Position numbers and translations under genes: made by a program
Notes under the pieces: generated by a model
Databases searched by the model: none
Told to the model about the DNA's origin: nothing
Seen by the model: the letters and a program-made list of their open reading frames with translations, nothing else
Part shown: piece after piece, positions 16,865 through 25,321 of the stretch
Layout of the letters: each line of letters begins with the position of its first letter
Numbering within the stretch: the stretch's first letter is position 1
Origin: an uncultured Actinomycetes bacterium
Lineage (GTDB): Bacteria > Chloroflexota > Dormibacteria > Dormibacterales > Dormibacteraceae
Assembly: GCA_964383855.1 (NCBI GenBank)
Contig: CAYLIP010000004.1
Span: 482-64,481 of the forward strand
DNA: 64,000 nucleotides
Direction of reading: 5' to 3'

Positions 16865-17083
16865 ATGGCCGGTGCGCCGGCGGAATCTGAGTTCATATTT
16901 CTCGACGGGCGCCCTGAGGGCGCTGCGGTCGACTGGATGACCGCGGCCGAGGTGGCCGAGGTCTTCGGCTACGGGCCGGCGGTCGCCTCCGGCTCGGCCC
17001 CGGTTTGGGGCGAGCCGGCCCAGCCGCCCGCCGCAACCGACACCGAGTGGGGGCGCTGCCCGGGCTGCTTGCGCCGGGCCTGA
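16865..17083 (+). CDS. hypothetical small protein
   Basis: ATG follows GGAAGGGAGAGG. 72 aa ending in CPGC. No family recognised. Confidence 0.3.
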   Translation: MAGAPAESEFIFLDGRPEGAAVDWMTAAEVAEVFGYGPAVASGSAPVWGEPAQPPAATDTEWGRCPGCLRRA

Positions 17084-17127
17084 CCAGCGCCGCCATGCGG
17101 CGCGCCGCGTTCTGAGAAGCTGCGGCC

Positions 17128-18231
17128 ATGCGGATCGCGGTCATCGGGGGCGGCATCGCCGGCGTCTCGATCGGCTACGAGCTTGCCGGGCGGGCCAGCG
17201 TGACGCTGCTGGAGGCCGAGCCCCAGCTCGCGTACCACACCACCGGGCGCTCGGCCGCCATGTACCTGCAGAGCTACGGCAACGCGCCGGTCCGGGCGAT
17301 CACGCTGGCCAGCCGCCCCGACTTCGACAGCCTGGCGGCCCGCTACCAGACGCCGCCCCTGCTCGTTTCCCGATCGCTGCTCTGGACGGCCGATGCCGGC
17401 GGCCAGGAGGAGCTGGAAGAGCTGCTCGGCCAGGGCGGCCCGCTGGTCCCGGTCTCGCCGGAGGAGGCGATCAGGATGTGCCCGGTCCTGCGCCGGGATC
17501 GCCTGGCCGGCGCCGCGCTCGACACCCAGGCCATGACCATCGACGTCCCCTCCCTCCACCAGGCCTACGTGCGCGGCCTGCTCGAGCGTGGGGGCGAGAT
17601 CCGCAGAGGTCAGCCGGTCACGGCGCTCGAGCGGACGGCCGGTGGCTGGGCCGTGGCCGCCGGGCTGGAGCGGCTGGAGTTCGACGCGGTCGTCAACGCG
17701 GCCGGCGCCTGGGCCGACGTCCTGGCCGCCAGGGCCGGGGTGCGGCCGGTCGGCCTGCGGCCGATGCGCCGGACCATCTTCACGAGCCCGCTGCACGGGC
17801 AGGGCGACGTCTCCGGCTGGCCCTTCGTCAGCGATGTCGGGGAGCGCTTCTACTTCTTCGCCGAGCACGACCAGGTGATCGTGTCGCCCGCCGACGAGGT
17901 CCCCGACGAGCCCCGGGATGCCCGGCCCGAAGAACTGGACATCGCCGCCGCCATCGAGGTGGTCAACGAGTTCACGACCCTTGGCCTCCGCAGCGTGCGC
18001 CGAGCCTGGGCCGGCCTCCGTTCATTCGTCGCCGACCGCTCGCCGGTGGTGGGGTCCCGGCCCGAGGAGGAGGGCTTCTTCTGGTTCGCCGCCCAGGGCG
18101 GCTACGGCATCCAGATGGCTCCGGGCCTCGCGCGCGCGGGGGCGTCGCTCCTCCTTGACGGCACATTGCCGGACGACATCGAGGCGCTCGGGATCACCGC
18201 GAGTGCCCTCTCCCCGGTACGGCTCGCCTAA
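17128..18231 (+). CDS. FAD-dependent oxidoreductase (DAO/glycine-oxidase-like)
   Basis: MRIAVIGGGIAGVSIGYELA is a dinucleotide-binding motif. Length is about 367 aa. Confidence 0.85.
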   Translation: MRIAVIGGGIAGVSIGYELAGRASVTLLEAEPQLAYHTTGRSAAMYLQSYGNAPVRAITLASRPDFDSLAARYQTPPLLVSRSLLWTADAGGQEELEELLGQGGPLVPVSPEEAIRMCPVLRRDRLAGAALDTQAMTIDVPSLHQAYVRGLLERGGEIRRGQPVTALERTAGGWAVAAGLERLEFDAVVNAAGAWADVLAARAGVRPVGLRPMRRTIFTSPLHGQGDVSGWPFVSDVGERFYFFAEHDQVIVSPADEVPDEPRDARPEELDIAAAIEVVNEFTTLGLRSVRRAWAGLRSFVADRSPVVGSRPEEEGFFWFAAQGGYGIQMAPGLARAGASLLLDGTLPDDIEALGITASALSPVRLA

Positions 18232-18241
18232 GCTTTTTCAC

Positions 18242-18763
18242 ATGGTCCGCTGGCCCTTCTTCGAGCCGAGCCCGATGCGCGACGTCCTGGAGGCGCTGCT
18301 GCAGGACGAGCGCCGCCGCGGCCCCGCGCCTCGCGGGCGCCGGGGCGAGACCAGAGGCGAGCCGATGCCCGTCAACGTCCATCAGGAAGCAGACGCCATG
18401 GTCGTGCAGGCGATGATTCCGGGCGCCCTGCCCGACGACGTCGAGATCCAGTGCTCCGACGGCGTCCTCACGATCCGCGCGCGCACCCGCGTCGCCGAGC
18501 GCGAGTACGTGCACCAGGAGATCGGCCCCACCGAGTGGTTCCGGCAGCTCGCCCTGCCCGCCGACCTCCGCTACGAGGAGGCGCAGGCCGACGCCGACAA
18601 CGGCATTCTGACCATCCGCATCCCGAGGGCCAAGCCACAGGCGCCCGAGAAGATAAGGATCCAGGTCACGCGGCGAGACACCGGCCCGGCCACCATCGAA
18701 GCCGAGCCGGGCAAGGGCTACTCCGAGGTCAAGCCCAAGCGGAGGCCTCGGGCTTCGCAGTAG
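18242..18763 (+). CDS. Hsp20/alpha-crystallin-family small heat-shock protein
   Basis: ATG at 18242. PVNVHQEADAMVVQAMIPGALPDDVEIQCSDGVLTIRA..ADADNGILTIRIP. Confidence 0.85.
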   Translation: MVRWPFFEPSPMRDVLEALLQDERRRGPAPRGRRGETRGEPMPVNVHQEADAMVVQAMIPGALPDDVEIQCSDGVLTIRARTRVAEREYVHQEIGPTEWFRQLALPADLRYEEAQADADNGILTIRIPRAKPQAPEKIRIQVTRRDTGPATIEAEPGKGYSEVKPKRRPRASQ

Positions 18764-18853
18764 CCGCGTCGGAGGCGCACGCCGTCACGACGCTCGTTCC
18801 GGGCTGACCCGGGCGATGGCCGTCACCCACGAGGCGCCTGGAGGCCTGGCTCC

Positions 18854-19546
18854 TCAGGACATGTCGGTTCGCCGCAGACGGACCTCGATGCCGACCCCGT
18901 CCTCGATCACGTCCGCGTTCGAGAAGATGCTCTCGGCGACCAGGCGCTCGAACTGAGCGCGCGTGTAGGCCCGCCGGCGAAGCCCGGCCAGGATCAGCTT
19001 CGTGATGAACCCGTTGAGTCCGGCCAGCCCCTGAGCGTCGACCTCGCGGTCGATGGCGGCGGTGGAGGCGTCCTTGCACAGGTCCTGGATGACCGCCACG
19101 CCGCCGCTCCGCAGTACGCGATGCATCTCGTTCAGAGCGTTCACCGGCCGCCGGAAGTTCTTGAACGCGGCCTGGCAGATGATGAGGTCGAAGCTCCCGT
19201 CCGGAAAGGGCATCGCGGCGACGTCGCCCTCGCGGAAGTCGACGTTCACTCCCGCCTTGCGCGCGGTCTCGCCCGCGATCTGGACCATCGTCCGGCTGAT
19301 GTCGAGACCGGTGACCTGGACCCCGCCCCGCCGGGCCACCTCGACGGCCAGGTAGCCAGGTCCGGGCGCCACCTCCAGCACCGATGCGCCGTCAGGCAGG
19401 CCGGCGGTGAGCTGTGCCGCCTGCTTCCGCCAGGCCTCGACCTGCCTGGACGTACCCCGCTGGCGCGCGTACCAGCGGGCGGTCAAGCCTTCCATCTCCG
19501 GCAGCAGGAGCCGCCGCTGCGTCGGGACCGCGGTCGTCTGAGTCAT
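18854..19546 (-). CDS. class I SAM-dependent methyltransferase
   Basis: ATG at 19546 follows an AAGGAGGTG RBS. Motif I is VLEVAPGPGYL; motif post-I is VTGLDIS. Confidence 0.85.
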   Translation of the reverse strand: MTQTTAVPTQRRLLLPEMEGLTARWYARQRGTSRQVEAWRKQAAQLTAGLPDGASVLEVAPGPGYLAVEVARRGGVQVTGLDISRTMVQIAGETARKAGVNVDFREGDVAAMPFPDGSFDLIICQAAFKNFRRPVNALNEMHRVLRSGGVAVIQDLCKDASTAAIDREVDAQGLAGLNGFITKLILAGLRRRAYTRAQFERLVAESIFSNADVIEDGVGIEVRLRRTDMS

Positions 19547-19639
19547 CGGGTTGCACCTCCTTGAATCGAGCTTTACGCTGTTAGGGAATTTGGACGCTCG
19601 AATAATCCCATACACCGTTAGGGGCTGTCAACAGAGGTA

Positions 19640-20812
19640 ATGCCTGTGCCTGAATCCGACCAGCGGCAATCCGGCCTGAGCCGCGCGCGCATGGCGGCGG
19701 CGGCTCTCGACCTGGTTCAGGAGGAGGGCCTGGCCGCGCTCTCGATGCGGCCGCTGGCCGACCGCCTGGGCGTCAAGGCGGCGTCGCTCTACTGGCACGT
19801 GCGTGACCGCGATGAACTCCTCGGGCTGGTGGCGGCTGCGCTCCTGGCCGAGATCCGTTGGACCGGCACCGGGGGCGGATGGCGAGCCGAAGCGCTGGCT
19901 GTCTGCGGTGCCCTCGAGCGGCTGACGGCGAGCCGGCGCGATGCCGCCCGCGTCCTGCTGGAGGTGCCCGAGGCGCTCGAGGAAAGCGATCTCCACGCGA
20001 GGCTGACTCAGGTGCTCTCGGAGGCCGGGCTCCCGCCGCCAGAAGCCATCGAAACCGCGACCATGATGCTGTCGGCTGTCCTGGTCGCTTCGCTGAGGCC
20101 GGTCGATCCGCAGGCTTCCGAGCCTGGACGGCCGGTCCTCCTTGCCATCGACAGCGGCTCTCGCGGCGTCACGATCCGCGCTGGTTCAGGCATGAGCGGC
20201 CTGATTCGGGCCGCGCAAGATCCCCAGGTGGCCGCACCCGCGGTCATCCAAGGCGACCGCGTGATAGTTCGCCGGCTCCGCGGCGGCCGCCGGGCCGAGC
20301 TTGAGCTCAATCCGGCTCATGCCTGGCGCTTCCAGGTCCAGGCACCCACCTGGAACACGAGGCTCGACCTGTCCGGCCTCGACGTCCGGAGCATCATGGT
20401 CGACAGTGGCGCCGCTCGCGTCGAATGCCTTCTCCCGGCGCCGCGCGGCATCGTGCCCATAGACATCTCCAGCGGCGTGGCCGGCGTCCGCCTGCGCCGG
20501 GCGCCAGGCGTTCCCATCGTCGCCGACGTCAGTCCAGGTTCCCTCCAGCTGCGCCTGGATGGCCGACTGGTCTCCGCCTCGACCGCGGACACGCGTTGGG
20601 AGAGCCGCGACGGCGCGTCCTCCGGCAGCCACTACCGCCTGAAGGTCAACAGCGGGACGATGCGGGTGACGGTCGAGGAGGACGCCTCGATCGGTCAACC
20701 CGGGACGGGATCGGCGGCGCCGATCGCCCGGGCCGGTGTCAGCGCCGCTTTGGACGTGGCCCTGGACGGGGTGGCGGCCCGGTTACCGGCTCCGCCCCAG
20801 CTCAACGGCTAG
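19640..20812 (+). CDS. TetR-family HTH fused to a toast-rack/DUF4097-like beta-rich C-terminal domain
   Basis: The N-terminus ALDLVQEEGLAALSMRPLADRLGVKAASLYWHVRDRDELL is a TetR HTH. The C-terminal ~200 aa carry repetitive G-x-G/beta-strand patterns (VDSGAARVECLLP..DISSGVAGVRLRRAPG..KVNSGTMRVTV). Confidence 0.7.
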   Translation: MPVPESDQRQSGLSRARMAAAALDLVQEEGLAALSMRPLADRLGVKAASLYWHVRDRDELLGLVAAALLAEIRWTGTGGGWRAEALAVCGALERLTASRRDAARVLLEVPEALEESDLHARLTQVLSEAGLPPPEAIETATMMLSAVLVASLRPVDPQASEPGRPVLLAIDSGSRGVTIRAGSGMSGLIRAAQDPQVAAPAVIQGDRVIVRRLRGGRRAELELNPAHAWRFQVQAPTWNTRLDLSGLDVRSIMVDSGAARVECLLPAPRGIVPIDISSGVAGVRLRRAPGVPIVADVSPGSLQLRLDGRLVSASTADTRWESRDGASSGSHYRLKVNSGTMRVTVEEDASIGQPGTGSAAPIARAGVSAALDVALDGVAARLPAPPQLNG

Positions 20813-21648
20813 AAGAAGGGCGTCGTCCGGCGGGCACGGAGCTGGTCGACCCTTCGCTGCACCCAACCGCGGACCTCGTCGGCGATGTCGAGCGCCAGAC
20901 CGTGGTCCTCGGCGGCCTCGGGGCCGAGGCTGCGGGTATCGATGGGCGGCCCAAAGCTGATGAACCACTTGGAGGGCAGCGGCACCAGCCCGAGCGCGCC
21001 CAGCCAGGGGAAGGTGAGCGTGAGCGGAACCGTGCCGGTTCCCAGCGCGCGTCCCAGCGAGGCGAGGTCGTAGACGACCGGGTGCACCTCCTCGGCGCCG
21101 ACCACGGCCACCGGGATCACGGGGGCGCCCGTTCGCAGGGCCACGGAGACGAAGCCGCCGCGCCCGAAGCGCCGGATCTTGTACCGCTCGGTGTAGCGCT
21201 TGGCGGCGCCCTTCACCCCCTCGGGGAAGACTCCGACCAGCTGGTCGCGCTCGAGCAGCGTGCGCGCGTTGTCAGGGTGCGCGAGGACGTTCCCGGTTCG
21301 GAGCAGGAACTGCGATAGGCCGGGGGTGGCAAACGCGAAGTTGACGACCAGCATGCGAGCGTGGCGCGGCTCCGGGTGCTCGAGCATGATGCCGGTCCGG
21401 ATCATCGCCCCGTCCCACGGCACGACGCCGGCATGGTTGGACGCGAGCAGGGCGCGCCCGCTTCCGGGAACGTTCTCGAGGCCGTCGACCTCCACGCGCC
21501 AGTAGCGGCGGTAGAGCCACTCGAACACCGGCAGCATCCGCTCGGTGAATGCCGGATCGAAGCCGAAATCGTCCCGCGCCGGCAGCCCGGCCCCGCCGCG
21601 CCCTGACGGTCGGCCGGCCTGGTCGACGAGCCTCAGCGCCCTCGCCAC
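20809..21648 (-). CDS. lysophospholipid acyltransferase-family protein
   Basis: NHAGVVPWD (H-x4-D) and FPEGVKG. Confidence 0.8.
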   Translation of the reverse strand: MARALRLVDQAGRPSGRGGAGLPARDDFGFDPAFTERMLPVFEWLYRRYWRVEVDGLENVPGSGRALLASNHAGVVPWDGAMIRTGIMLEHPEPRHARMLVVNFAFATPGLSQFLLRTGNVLAHPDNARTLLERDQLVGVFPEGVKGAAKRYTERYKIRRFGRGGFVSVALRTGAPVIPVAVVGAEEVHPVVYDLASLGRALGTGTVPLTLTFPWLGALGLVPLPSKWFISFGPPIDTRSLGPEAAEDHGLALDIADEVRGWVQRRVDQLRARRTTPFF

Positions 21649-21689
21649 TCCCTCCGATTATTCACCTCAAGAGATAAGCGCAGGTTAGG

Positions 21690-22643
21690 ATGCAGGCGGC
21701 CTCGCTCATGCCTCTCGATTTCCAGGCCGCCGCCTCCGAATACCTCAGCTGGCTGCAGCTGGAGGCGAACAAGAGTCCCAACACCGTCCGGGCGTATGAC
21801 GGCGAGATCCGCCGCCTGGGCGGCTTCCTGGCTGCTCGCGGCCATTCGCTGCAGATGGACGAGGTTGCCTACGAGGACATCCGCGCCTACCAGCGGCATC
21901 TGGCGGAGGCGCTTCCCAAGGCGTCGTCGCGTCACCGCGCCCTGGTCGCGATCCGCTCCTGGCTGCGCTGGCTGGCCCGGGAGGAGCTGATCCCAAAGGA
22001 TTTCTCGAACCGGATCACGCTGCCCAAACTCGAGCAGCGGCTGCCCAAGCCGATGCCGCCCGAGGAGATGACCCGGCTTTTGTCGGCGCTGCCCGGAGCG
22101 AGCCCGATCGAGAAGCGAGACCGGGCGCTGGTTCACTTCCTGATCAGCACCGGCTGCCGCATCAGCGAGGCGCTGAACCTGGATCGCAACGACGTGCCCG
22201 CCCAGGGCAACCGGCTGGTGGTCACCGGCAAGGGCTCCAAGCAGCGCGCCGTCTACCTGACCGAGGACGCTCGAGAAATGCTCGACGACTACCTGCGCAG
22301 CCGCGAGGACACCTCACTGGCGCTCTTCGTCAACTACGACCGCAAACTCGGGCGCGGCGCCGACCGCCGGCTCACGCCGGCCGGCGCGCGCCATGTCGTC
22401 AACCGGATCCGAAAGGAACTGGGCGCCTGGTCCTTCCGGTCGCCGCACGTGGCCAGGCACACGGCGGCGACGACCCTCCTCGAGGTCACCGGCGGCGACG
22501 TCCGCCTGGTGCAGGAGGTCCTCGGGCACGCCAACCTGAACACCCTGCAGGGGTACACGCGGATCGTCGATGCCCGCAAACAGGACGCCTACCGGGCTTA
22601 TCAGCGGTTCCTGGAGGAGAAGCGAGCCCTACCGCCCGAGTGA
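21690..22643 (+). CDS. tyrosine recombinase (XerC/XerD-like / phage-integrase family)
   Basis: An N-terminal SAM-like domain is followed by the catalytic set: R in TGCRISE, GKGSKQR, HVARHTAAT, LGHANL, QGYTRI. Confidence 0.85.
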   Translation: MQAASLMPLDFQAAASEYLSWLQLEANKSPNTVRAYDGEIRRLGGFLAARGHSLQMDEVAYEDIRAYQRHLAEALPKASSRHRALVAIRSWLRWLAREELIPKDFSNRITLPKLEQRLPKPMPPEEMTRLLSALPGASPIEKRDRALVHFLISTGCRISEALNLDRNDVPAQGNRLVVTGKGSKQRAVYLTEDAREMLDDYLRSREDTSLALFVNYDRKLGRGADRRLTPAGARHVVNRIRKELGAWSFRSPHVARHTAATTLLEVTGGDVRLVQEVLGHANLNTLQGYTRIVDARKQDAYRAYQRFLEEKRALPPE

Positions 22644-22717
22644 GTTCAGCCTCCTGCCGGCTCGGCGGGGTGTGCGCCCCGGCCAGGCCGGGGCACAGTC
22701 GCGGGGCGAGAACCTCC

Positions 22718-23581
22718 TCAGGTCTGAGCGCCGAAGATGACGACCGCCCTCAGGGCGAGGACGCCCACCAGGACCGCCGCCGGGGCGAGCAGCGGTGAGC
22801 GGCCGCGCAGGAAGAACGGCGTGGCCAGGCCGGCCAGGACCAGCAGCCAGAGCACGATCATGAGGGGCGAGAAGAGCCGCGCCACCGTCCCCGCGACCGC
22901 CACGGCGGCCAGGAAGATGACGATCAGCACGGCCTCGAGGAGGACGAAGTAGCGGTCGGCCCCCTCGACCCGAAGCACGCTCGGCCGCAGCTCGCGCCGC
23001 CAGCCGGCGAGCAGCAGGAGGAGCGCGGCCGAGCCGGAGAGGCCGGAAGCCAGGAAGAGCCCGCCCAGCGGCCAGGCGTCTGACCAGACAGGCTGGTTGG
23101 AGACCGCGAGCAGGACGCCGGTGTAGGCGGCGACGTAGAGTCCGGCCAGCGAGCCGGCGACCATCCAGGCCGCCGCCAGGGGACCTGTGAAGAAGCCGAG
23201 CGGCGAGCCCCGCAGGCCCATGAAGGCGTCGACGGCCGAGACGAACGCGAACAGCCCGAAGAGGAGCAGCGCGTAGGCGCCGACCGACATCGGCGACCAG
23301 GCCTTGAAGGCGGGCGTGCCGGCGCCGGTGTCGACCAGCATGTGCCAGAAGCGGAGCGGCTGGCCGAGGTCGACGGTCAGGAAGACCGGGCAGAGGGCGA
23401 CCGCCAGCAGCGACACGATGAAGGCGGTGCGGGAGGCACTGACGTCTTCCGGGCCGCCCCAGAGGCGCAGCATCGTACCCATCACGTACGACCCGCCGGC
23501 TATCCCGGCCAGAAAGAAATAGGCGAGGATCCACCACTCCCAGGCCGGCGCGCGGACGAAATGCTCGGCGGCCAGGTACAT
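22718..23581 (-). CDS. NrfD/PsrC-type polytopic membrane subunit of the formate dehydrogenase complex
   Basis: ATG at 23581 overlaps the fdnH stop. EWWILAYFFLAGIAGGSY..DLGQPLRFWHML is typical of the NrfD family. The track ORF's first 167 aa are an out-of-frame overlap. Confidence 0.8.
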   Translation of the reverse strand: MYLAAEHFVRAPAWEWWILAYFFLAGIAGGSYVMGTMLRLWGGPEDVSASRTAFIVSLLAVALCPVFLTVDLGQPLRFWHMLVDTGAGTPAFKAWSPMSVGAYALLLFGLFAFVSAVDAFMGLRGSPLGFFTGPLAAAWMVAGSLAGLYVAAYTGVLLAVSNQPVWSDAWPLGGLFLASGLSGSAALLLLLAGWRRELRPSVLRVEGADRYFVLLEAVLIVIFLAAVAVAGTVARLFSPLMIVLWLLVLAGLATPFFLRGRSPLLAPAAVLVGVLALRAVVIFGAQT

Positions 23582-24513
23582 CACCTCTTCCTCCTCGTGC
23601 CCGCACCGTCGCCGCCGCCGTCGCCGTCGCCGCCTTCGCCCCCGCCCCGCGGCCGGCCCGCCGCCGGCGCCGGCTCCCTGGCCGGCTCGACCGGCACCGT
23701 CTCGGTCATGGCCGGCGGCGACCCTCCGCGGCGGCGAAGGGCTATCAAGCCGCCGACCACGGCCAGCACCGCCGTCACGACCGCGCCCAGGTAGCCGGGA
23801 ATGTTGTTGCGGCTGGGCAGCACCGCATTGGCGGCGCTGGGCAGCTTGTATGTCTCCGGCTCGTCCATGAGCAGGAAGAAAGAGTTGAGGCCGCCGTAGA
23901 CGCTGGTGTCGCGCCCGTAGAGCTGCGCCTTCTTGAAGCCCTGTCCCTGGAGCAGAGCCAGCCGGGCGTCGGCCGCCTTGTGGAGATCGGCGAGCGTGCC
24001 GAACTGGATCGACTGCGTGGGGCAGGCCTTGGCGCAGGCGGGCATGAGGTTGTTCTGGAGCCGGTCGTAGCAGAGCGTGCACTTGTGCGCGGTCCCGGTC
24101 GTCGAACTGAAGCCGATCACCGAGTACGGGCAGGCGGAGATGCAGTCGCGGCAGCCGTTGCAGACCGGCTGCTGGATGAAAACGGTGTCGAACTCGGTCC
24201 GGATGATGGCACCGGTCGGGCAGACCTCCATGCAGGAGGCGTGCTGGCAGTGCTTGCAGACGTCGGACATCATGAGGAACGCCTGGCCGCCCGCCGCCGT
24301 CGGCTGCTTGATCTCGCCGCCGGCGGGAACGGTCTCGATGAACCGGACATGGCGCCAGTTCTGAGCGTCGAGCTGGCCCGTGTTGTCGAAGGAGTCGAGC
24401 AGCAGGTTGGGCTCATTGCCCTCGAGCTGGTTCCACTCCTTGCAGGCCACCTCGCACGCCTTGCATCCGATGCAGACGGAGGTGTCGGTGAAGAACCCGA
24501 CCGGCTCGGCCAC
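23581..24513 (-). CDS. fdnH: formate dehydrogenase iron-sulfur (beta) subunit with C-terminal TM anchor and Gly/Asp-rich tail
   Basis: Several ferredoxin Cys clusters are present (CIGCKACEVACKEWN, CKHCQHASCMEVCP, CNGCRDCISACP, CTLC..CAKACP). Confidence 0.9.
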   Translation of the reverse strand: MAEPVGFFTDTSVCIGCKACEVACKEWNQLEGNEPNLLLDSFDNTGQLDAQNWRHVRFIETVPAGGEIKQPTAAGGQAFLMMSDVCKHCQHASCMEVCPTGAIIRTEFDTVFIQQPVCNGCRDCISACPYSVIGFSSTTGTAHKCTLCYDRLQNNLMPACAKACPTQSIQFGTLADLHKAADARLALLQGQGFKKAQLYGRDTSVYGGLNSFFLLMDEPETYKLPSAANAVLPSRNNIPGYLGAVVTAVLAVVGGLIALRRRGGSPPAMTETVPVEPAREPAPAAGRPRGGGEGGDGDGGGDGAGTRRKR

Positions 24514-24529
24514 TCTGCTGCTTACCTCC

Positions 24530-25321
24530 TCAAAACCCCATCAGGTTGGGCGTGATCTTGGCCAGCCCGCGGTCGCGCGCGTAGAGGTCGAGGGGGATGG
24601 CCGCCAGCTCGTCAACCACGGGAACCGCCCGTCCGTCCTTGGCGCAGTCGACGGTGACCAGGTACCGGCGGCAGGACGCGCAGGCGTCGACGCGCAGGCT
24701 CGGAAAGACGTCGTGGTCGGCGTAGACGGGGAGATTCCGGCTCTCCGATTCACCGCAGCCGGCGCAGACCATGCGCGCGACCGGCCAGGCCCGCGCGCAG
24801 CGCGAGCACTCGAGCATGCGCTGGCCGGTCAGCAGCGCCTCGCCGCCGGCCGTGAAGACGGAGACCTGGGGCGGCGCGCCGCACTCAGGGCAGTGCAGCC
24901 GATCCGGCGCTTGAGGACGCGGCATGACGCCGGGCAGCGCCTCCAGCACCGGCGCGCACGAGGCTCGCGCGAGATACCGCGCGGCCGGCTCCTGCTCGGC
25001 CCCGGTCAGCCAACCGCCGATCGCATCCTGCACGCCGCCCGCATAGACCAGCGCCTGGAGGGCGGTCACCAGCGTCTCCGGACCCACCGCCGCGGTGACG
25101 GTGACCACGGCGGGCGCCACCGCCTCGGCCACCCAGCGGGGCAGCTCGTCGAAGCCGGGGCCGGCCTCGGTGGCGGCGGTGCCCGCCCGCTCCTGCACAT
25201 CCAGCAGCGATGCGTAGAGGCGCAGCATCTCGCCGGCGTGAGGGTAGCGTTCGGCCAGCTCGCGGGCGCGCGTCCTGCGCGCCTGGTAGGTCGCGATCGG
25301 GGTCCCCAGTGCGGTGCTCAC
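24530..25321 (-). CDS. fdhE: formate dehydrogenase accessory protein FdhE
   Basis: Paired CxxC motifs (CPECG, CSRC, CAGCG, CASCRRYL) in the FdhE-like order. Located between the fdnG and fdnH genes. Confidence 0.8.
   Translation of the reverse strand: MSTALGTPIATYQARRTRARELAERYPHAGEMLRLYASLLDVQERAGTAATEAGPGFDELPRWVAEAVAPAVVTVTAAVGPETLVTALQALVYAGGVQDAIGGWLTGAEQEPAARYLARASCAPVLEALPGVMPRPQAPDRLHCPECGAPPQVSVFTAGGEALLTGQRMLECSRCARAWPVARMVCAGCGESESRNLPVYADHDVFPSLRVDACASCRRYLVTVDCAKDGRAVPVVDELAAIPLDLYARDRGLAKITPNLMGF

Noticed and set aside
21690-22643. The tyrosine recombinase considered as the marker of a prophage or genomic island.
   Set aside because: I saw no flanking direct repeats, no phage or plasmid genes and no obvious compositional change around it. 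The only tRNA lies about 19 kb away. It is more likely a Xer-type or orphan chromosomal recombinase, but I cannot test this without searching.
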